Assembly: GCA_020049805.1 (NCBI GenBank) | Contig: JAGVLN010000008.1 | Location: 4,904 to 68,903 of the forward strand | Reading direction: 5' to 3' | Source: Rickettsiales bacterium | Lineage (GTDB): Bacteria > Pseudomonadota > Alphaproteobacteria > Rickettsiales > JABSSG01 | DNA length: 64,000 nucleotides | In this document: piece by piece, positions 58,525 through 64,000 of the stretch | Layout: the number at the start of each line of letters is the position of its first letter | Numbering within the stretch: position 1 is the first letter of the stretch | The notes under the pieces: model-generated | The model's database searches: none | Told to the model about the DNA's origin: nothing | Seen by the model: the letters and a program-made list of their open reading frames with translations, nothing else | Position numbers and translations under genes: made by a program

Positions 58525-58586
58525 AAGCTACAGTATTGTTTTAATAAAAATACTATAACTTATGAAATAAGAAAATAATTTAATGA

Positions 58587-60806
58587 CTAAAAGAACTTCT
58601 TTTTATTATTAGAACGATCGTCAAATTTTTTATTTGATTTATTATTGCTTGGCTTAGGTTCGGTAGGAATAAAATCTGGGTCAAGATCTTCACCTGTTGT
58701 TTGATCTACGCATTTCATACTTAACCTGACTTTACCTTTATCAAGGCCGATAACTTTTACTTTAACATTATCACCTTCTTTTAGAACTTCGCTTACATCA
58801 TTAATGCGTTCATTTTTTATTTCGCTTATGTGTAATAGTCCATCTTTTGAACCAAGGAAGTTTACAAAAGCTCCAAATTCCATAAGTTTTACTACTTTTC
58901 CATCATATATTGTGCCAATTTCAGCTTCAGCTACGATATCATTAATCATTTTGATTGCTTTAGCTGATGCTTCAGCGTTAACTGCTGAAACACTTATAAC
59001 TCCATTATCATCGATGTCAATTTTAGCGCCACTAACTTCACAAATTTCTCTGATGACTTTACCACCGCTACCAATAACTTCCCTAATTTTATCTTTATTG
59101 ATAGTGAAAGAAGTAATTGTTGGAGCGTTTTTGCTAACAGAATTGCGAGCTTGAGTTAAAGATTCACTCATTTTTTCTAGAATATGCAAACGGCCTTCTT
59201 TTGCTTGATTTAATGATATTTGCATAATTTCAGGAGTAATGCCATTAATTTTAATATCCATCTGTAAAGCTGTAATCCCTTGGGCTGTACCGGCTACTTT
59301 AAAGTCCATATCTCCTAGATGATCTTCATCTCCCATAATATCAGATAATACTACAAATTTTTCACCTTCTTTTACGAGGCCCATAGCAATACCTGCTACT
59401 GGGTTTTTAATTGGAACACCAGCATCCATTAAAGCAAGAGAAGCTCCACAAACGGTTGCCATAGAAGAAGAACCATTAGATTCAGTAATTTCTGAAACGC
59501 ATCTAATCGTATATGGGAATTTATCTTTTGTTGGTAAGAGAGGATGAATTGCACGCCATGCTAATTTTCCATGACCAATTTCCCTTCTACCTGGTGCTCT
59601 AACAGGCGTATGTTCACCTACAGAATACGGTGGAAAATTATAATGTAACATAAAATGTAATTTAGAATCACCATCTAAAGAATCAATAATTTGTTCATCT
59701 TGAGCGCTACCTAAAGTAGTAACTACGATTGCTTGGGTTTCTCCCCTAGTGAATAAAGAAGAACCATGTGTCCTTGCTAGTACTTCTACTTCTGTAGCAA
59801 TTGGACGAATTGTTTTTGGATCTCTACCATCAATCCTTATACCTTTTTCAAGTATATTATTTCTTACAATTTGTTCTTTGAGTTTATTGAAAGCACTTAC
59901 TATTTCAGCTTCAAGAAATTCTTCGTGTGGAGTGCCTTCTGTACCTAAATTAATCTTTATTTTTTGATTCTCTTTTAAATTACTCTTTATTTTTTGAATT
60001 TTTTCAGCACGTAATTGTTTTTGGGGCTCTTTTAATGCTTCTCTTAATTCATTTTCAATTAATACAGCAACTACTGCGTCTAGCTTAGTAGAATCATTTT
60101 CATGAATTACAGGAATTAAAGGTTTGTTTACTTCTTGAGATAATTCATTAATTATTTGAATAATTGGTTGCATAGCGTTATGGCCAAATACTACTGCTTC
60201 AAGCATTTTTTCTTCAGATAACTCAGATGCTTCAGATTCAACCATTAACACTGAATCCTTAGTACCAGCAACTACTAAATCTAAACTAGATAGGGCAAGG
60301 TCTTTTATTGCTGGATTTATTACAAACTGATCATCGATGAGAGCCACTCTTGAAGCTGCAATTGGGCCACCAAAAGGCACACCAGAAATTGATAAGGCAG
60401 CTGATGCACCAATTAATGCTACAATATCAGAATCATTAATTCCATCATACGATAAAACTGTACAAATAATCTGAACTTCGTTAAAGAAATTTGTTGGGAA
60501 TAAAGGTCTTATAGGTCTATCAATTAAACGTGAAGTTAAAACTTCTTTCTCTGAAGGTTTGCCTTCTCTTTTAAAAAATCCTCCAGGAATTTTACCTGCT
60601 GCAAAGGACATTTCCTTGTAATGAACTGTAAGAGGGAAAAAATCTCTATTACTATCTGGCGTTTTTTGAGCAACAACGGTACATAAAACCGAAGTTTCTC
60701 CATAAGTAGCTATGACCGCGCCATCCGCTTGTCTTGCTATTTTACCAGTTTCGAGTGTTAACTTTTTACCAGCCCATTCTATCTCTTTGCGTATGATATT
60801 AAACAT
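58587..60806 (-). CDS. pnp: polyribonucleotide nucleotidyltransferase (PNPase)
   Basis: 739 aa with two RNase PH domains, KH and S1 domains and a basic tail. Canonical position after rpsO. Confidence 0.98.
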   Translation of the reverse strand: MFNIIRKEIEWAGKKLTLETGKIARQADGAVIATYGETSVLCTVVAQKTPDSNRDFFPLTVHYKEMSFAAGKIPGGFFKREGKPSEKEVLTSRLIDRPIRPLFPTNFFNEVQIICTVLSYDGINDSDIVALIGASAALSISGVPFGGPIAASRVALIDDQFVINPAIKDLALSSLDLVVAGTKDSVLMVESEASELSEEKMLEAVVFGHNAMQPIIQIINELSQEVNKPLIPVIHENDSTKLDAVVAVLIENELREALKEPQKQLRAEKIQKIKSNLKENQKIKINLGTEGTPHEEFLEAEIVSAFNKLKEQIVRNNILEKGIRIDGRDPKTIRPIATEVEVLARTHGSSLFTRGETQAIVVTTLGSAQDEQIIDSLDGDSKLHFMLHYNFPPYSVGEHTPVRAPGRREIGHGKLAWRAIHPLLPTKDKFPYTIRCVSEITESNGSSSMATVCGASLALMDAGVPIKNPVAGIAMGLVKEGEKFVVLSDIMGDEDHLGDMDFKVAGTAQGITALQMDIKINGITPEIMQISLNQAKEGRLHILEKMSESLTQARNSVSKNAPTITSFTINKDKIREVIGSGGKVIREICEVSGAKIDIDDNGVISVSAVNAEASAKAIKMINDIVAEAEIGTIYDGKVVKLMEFGAFVNFLGSKDGLLHISEIKNERINDVSEVLKEGDNVKVKVIGLDKGKVRLSMKCVDQTTGEDLDPDFIPTEPKPSNNKSNKKFDDRSNNKKKFF

Positions 60807-60831
60807 TTAATTATCCTTATATTCTTTAAAT

Positions 60832-61101
60832 TTATTTGCGAAGACCAAGATCTTTAATTAATTTTTCGTATCTAGTCGCGTCTTTACGCTTTAAGTAATC
60901 CAATAACCTTCTTCTTCTACTTACCATCATTAATAATCCACGTCTTGAATGGAAATCTTTGTTATTAGTTTTAAAATGAATAGTTAAACTATTAATGCGT
61001 TCAGTTAAAATAGCACATTGTACTTCTGTTGAACCAGTGTCATTCTTATCTAGTTGGTGTTTTTTGATAATTTCTTTTTTATGTTCTAAACTTATCGACA
61101 T
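60832..61101 (-). CDS. rpsO: 30S ribosomal protein S15
   Basis: 89 aa. ...[18 protein letters not shown]....D.HSRRGLL..V..RR.LL.YL. Confidence 0.97.
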   Translation of the reverse strand: MSISLEHKKEIIKKHQLDKNDTGSTEVQCAILTERINSLTIHFKTNNKDFHSRRGLLMMVSRRRRLLDYLKRKDATRYEKLIKDLGLRK

Positions 61102-61116
61102 CGATACCTCACTTAA

Positions 61117-62028
61117 TTATAGGTTAAATACTCTAGTAGGTTTGAAATAGCTGTTTGTTATAATTCCGAGCGCAATTGGTAAATTATTTACCTTTACTAA
61201 CACAGATCCATTTATGTTTTTGTTTACAAAAATGGTTTGTCCATTTTTAATAAGTGGTACTATGTCTTCAGAAAGAAACAACACCGGGATGTCGTCCAGC
61301 ACTATATCAACCGACCTTAATTCTCTTTCGAGAGAGTCATTATGCATCATTTGCTTAATATTTTCTAGTAAAATTAATTTTTTTTCACAAAATAAACCTA
61401 CTTTTGTTCTTCTCAAGGCTGAAACATAAGCACAGGAGCCAAGATTAAGAGCTATATCACGAGCAAGAGACCTAATATAGGTGCCTTTGGCGCATTCCAC
61501 TTTAACAGCAGCAATTTTAGTAGTTTCGGAAAAATCGACCAGTTGTATTGAGCTAACGTTGATTAACCTAGGTTGTAATTCAAAATTTTCTGATTTACGT
61601 GCTAAATTATATGCTCTTTGCCCATTAATTTTTAATGCTGAGAAATGAGGAGGAGTTTGCCAAGTTTCTCCTAAAAATTTAGGTAATATATTTTCAATAT
61701 CAGTCTTAGAGGGAGTTATATCTGATTCTAATACTATTTTACCTTCAGGATCCAAGGTATCAGTTTGTTTACCAAATTGCATATCAAAAATATATTCTTT
61801 ATTATAATTTTGAGCAAAAGCTATAGTCTTAGTAGCTTCGCCAATTGCTAATGGTAAGACGCCACTTGCAAAAGGATCTAATGTTCCCGCATGTCCAACT
61901 TTTATTTTTTTTCCAATGCTTTTATATTTTTTAAAATAGCATTTTACTATTGAAACAATATGTGCCGAAGACATACCACAGGGTTTATCAACTGCGATCC
62001 AGCCAGATGGGACGTTATATAAGGTCAT
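61117..62028 (-). CDS. truB: tRNA pseudouridine-55 synthase
   Basis: 303 aa. GW..VDKP.GMSS and catalytic GHAGTLDP.ASG.LP. Confidence 0.93.
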   Translation of the reverse strand: MTLYNVPSGWIAVDKPCGMSSAHIVSIVKCYFKKYKSIGKKIKVGHAGTLDPFASGVLPLAIGEATKTIAFAQNYNKEYIFDMQFGKQTDTLDPEGKIVLESDITPSKTDIENILPKFLGETWQTPPHFSALKINGQRAYNLARKSENFELQPRLINVSSIQLVDFSETTKIAAVKVECAKGTYIRSLARDIALNLGSCAYVSALRRTKVGLFCEKKLILLENIKQMMHNDSLERELRSVDIVLDDIPVLFLSEDIVPLIKNGQTIFVNKNINGSVLVKVNNLPIALGIITNSYFKPTRVFNL

Positions 62029-62031
62029 GAG

Positions 62032-62394
62032 TTAATCTTTTAATAGGTCTTGGATTTTTGCAGCTTCATCAAAGCTCGTATCAAATTTAAATTTAAGTTC
62101 AGGTGAATAACGTAACTCTACTTTATTGGTAACCAAATAACGAATTTTTGGTGATAGATTTTTTAGATGCTTTATTAATTCATTAGAGCTAATTATAGAA
62201 TTAAACAGGGGTAATACATAAACATTAGCCTGTTTTAAATCAGGTGTAACTTTTACTTCTGGAATAGTTAATGAAATTTTTTCAAGTATTGGATCATATA
62301 AGTCATTACTTATTACTTCTATTAATACTCGTCTTAAAATTTCTCCTACTTTTAATTGCCTATTAGAACTGGGCAGTTTGTTATTTCTAACCAT
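62032..62394 (-). CDS. rbfA: ribosome-binding factor A
   Basis: RbfA-like sequence (R..KV.E.LRR.L.E.I........V.V..DL..A.VY) in the canonical infB-rbfA-truB position. I prefer the ATG at 62394 (1 nt after the infB stop) to the track start at 62418, which overlaps infB. The start is uncertain. Confidence 0.85.
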   Translation of the reverse strand: MVRNNKLPSSNRQLKVGEILRRVLIEVISNDLYDPILEKISLTIPEVKVTPDLKQANVYVLPLFNSIISSNELIKHLKNLSPKIRYLVTNKVELRYSPELKFKFDTSFDEAAKIQDLLKD

Positions 62395-62395
62395 T

Positions 62396-64000
62396 TTATA
62401 AAGTTCTTTTTTCTTCAATTAATTCAAACACTTCAACTTTATCATTTTCTTTTATGTCGTCGTAATTTTCAAAAGCGATACCACATTCATAACCAGCTTT
62501 AACTTCTTTAACATCATCTTTAAACCGTTTTAAAGTTTTCAGTTTGCCTTCATGAATTACTATATCATTACGTAGTAATCTAACCTTTGCACCACGCTTA
62601 ATTAAACCCTCTACTACAAAGGATCCTGCCACTTTACCTATTTTTGTAATATTATAAACCTTTCTTATTTCAACTAAACCTAGGAACTCCTCACGAATAT
62701 TAGGTGAAAGCATACCGCTTAACATAAGTTTAATATCATCAAGTAAGTCATAAATAATTGAATAATATCTAATATCTACTGCTGATTTTTCAGCTAGTTT
62801 TTTGGCTTGTTCATTAGCTCTAACATTAAACCCTAAGATCAATGCTTTAGATGCTTCTGCTAAGGCAACATCAGATTCGTTGATACCACCAACTGCTTTA
62901 TGTAATATTTTTACCTTAACTTCATTAGTAGAGATTTTTTCTAATGTATTGGCAATAGCTTCAACTGAACCATTAACATCTGCTTTAATAATCAAAGGTA
63001 ATTCTTTTACTTTACTACCGCCAGAAGCTTTAGCAAATAATTCTTCTAGAGTGCCTTTAGACGCAGTTGAAGTGCGGATTTCTCTTGCTCTACGCAATCT
63101 ATATTCGCTTATATCTCTTGCTTGCTTTTCAGTATCAACTACTACAAAGTCTTCTCCTGCTTCAGGTGAGCCATCCAAACCTGATATTTCTACCGGTGTT
63201 GATGGGTCTGCATCTTCTATGGTACGATTTTTATCATCGGTCATAAATCTGATCCTGCCAGAATGAGCACCGGCAATTAATATATCACCTATCCTTAAAG
63301 TGCCTTTTTGTACTAATAAGGTAGTTACTACACCGCGCGACTTATCTATTTTCGATTCAATTACCACTCCGCGTGCTTTAGTAGTAGGATCAGCTTTTAA
63401 ATCCAGCATTTCGGCTTGTAGTAATATTCCTTCAATAAGTTTATCCAGATTGATTTTTTTGAGAGCAGATACCTCGATAACCATTATATCACCACCCATA
63501 GACTCAGCTACTAATTCATGATTTAACAGTTCATTAATTACATTTTGAGGATTAGCGCCCGGAGCATCTATTTTATTAATCGCAACAATGATAGGAACAC
63601 CAGCAGCTTTTGCATGGCTAATTGCTTCAATAGTTTGTTCCTTAATACCATCGTCTGCTGCGACAACTAAAATTACTATATCTGTAACTTTAGCCCCTCT
63701 AGCTCTCATTGCAGTAAATGCTTTATGGCCTGGAGTATCGATAAATGTTACAAGAGCTCCATTTTCAAGCTTAACTTGGTAAGCACCAATATGTTGAGTA
63801 ATTCCTCCAGCTTCATGTAAAGCTACATCACTTGATCTTAGAGCGTCTAGAAGTGAAGTTTTACCATGATCTACATGTCCCATAACTGTTACCACCGGAG
63901 GACGAGAAACTAACTTACTTAAATCTTGTGATTCATCAATAAGAATGTTTTCTACATCTGCTTCAGTAACTCTTTTAACTTTATGGCCGAATTCATGGAT
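62396..64000 (-). CDS. infB: translation initiation factor IF-2, C-terminal ~534 aa; N-terminus lies beyond the window end
   Basis: [21 protein letters not shown]-domain, DTPGH and NKID. Hand translation shows the frame stays open from 63895 to 64000 ([35 protein letters not shown]...), so the track's GTG-derived M is internal. Confidence 0.97.
   Translation of the reverse strand: MHEFGHKVKRVTEADVENILIDESQDLSKLVSRPPVVTVMGHVDHGKTSLLDALRSSDVALHEAGGITQHIGAYQVKLENGALVTFIDTPGHKAFTAMRARGAKVTDIVILVVAADDGIKEQTIEAISHAKAAGVPIIVAINKIDAPGANPQNVINELLNHELVAESMGGDIMVIEVSALKKINLDKLIEGILLQAEMLDLKADPTTKARGVVIESKIDKSRGVVTTLLVQKGTLRIGDILIAGAHSGRIRFMTDDKNRTIEDADPSTPVEISGLDGSPEAGEDFVVVDTEKQARDISEYRLRRAREIRTSTASKGTLEELFAKASGGSKVKELPLIIKADVNGSVEAIANTLEKISTNEVKVKILHKAVGGINESDVALAEASKALILGFNVRANEQAKKLAEKSAVDIRYYSIIYDLLDDIKLMLSGMLSPNIREEFLGLVEIRKVYNITKIGKVAGSFVVEGLIKRGAKVRLLRNDIVIHEGKLKTLKRFKDDVKEVKAGYECGIAFENYDDIKENDKVEVFELIEEKRTL

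Noticed and set aside
62802-63266. 154-aa plus-strand ORF, together with 63300..63521 and 63588..63782
   Set aside because: All three are antisense to infB, which is unambiguous. The same reasoning applies to the antisense ORFs inside pnp (58804..59154 and 59749..59967), tkt (17331..17543), the tlc genes (19648..19863 and 21294..21533), uvrB, ftsH, glmM, degP, pgk, gap and truB.

Overview
This 64 kb window is very AT-rich and gene-dense. I call about 58 protein-coding genes and one tRNA. I saw no rRNA, CRISPR array, transposase, integrase or phage genes. All family assignments rest on motif recognition in the supplied translations plus a few hand translations; no database search was possible.

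Most of the window is housekeeping DNA in conserved operons:
- cysS followed by a TrmJ-like methyltransferase gene
- yfgM-like, bamB, der
- tkt, gap, pgk
- pntAA, pntAB, pntB
- tilS, ftsH, glmM
- hflK, hflC, degP
- scoA, scoB
- infB, rbfA, truB, rpsO, pnp

Several features together point to an obligate-intracellular, Rickettsiales-like alphaproteobacterium (inference). These are two tandem ATP/ADP translocase (tlc) genes fused onto the end of the pnt operon, split PntAA/PntAB, an HdaA-like gene, AddA and a Sel1-repeat protein.

The one clearly accessory region is about 49.6-55.4 kb, between scoAB and phaC. It contains:
- Two paralogous polytopic membrane proteins that share an N-terminal module but have unrelated disordered, Arg-rich tails. 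One tail is strikingly GC-rich.
- A signal-peptide protein with a Ser/Pro repeat.
- An 83-aa truncated duplicate of a TpsB N-terminus.
- A full ShlB/FhaC-type (TpsB/Omp85) outer-membrane transporter with no recognisable TpsA cargo.

This block is the best candidate for an undescribed host-interaction or secretion locus. Its function is inferred, not shown.
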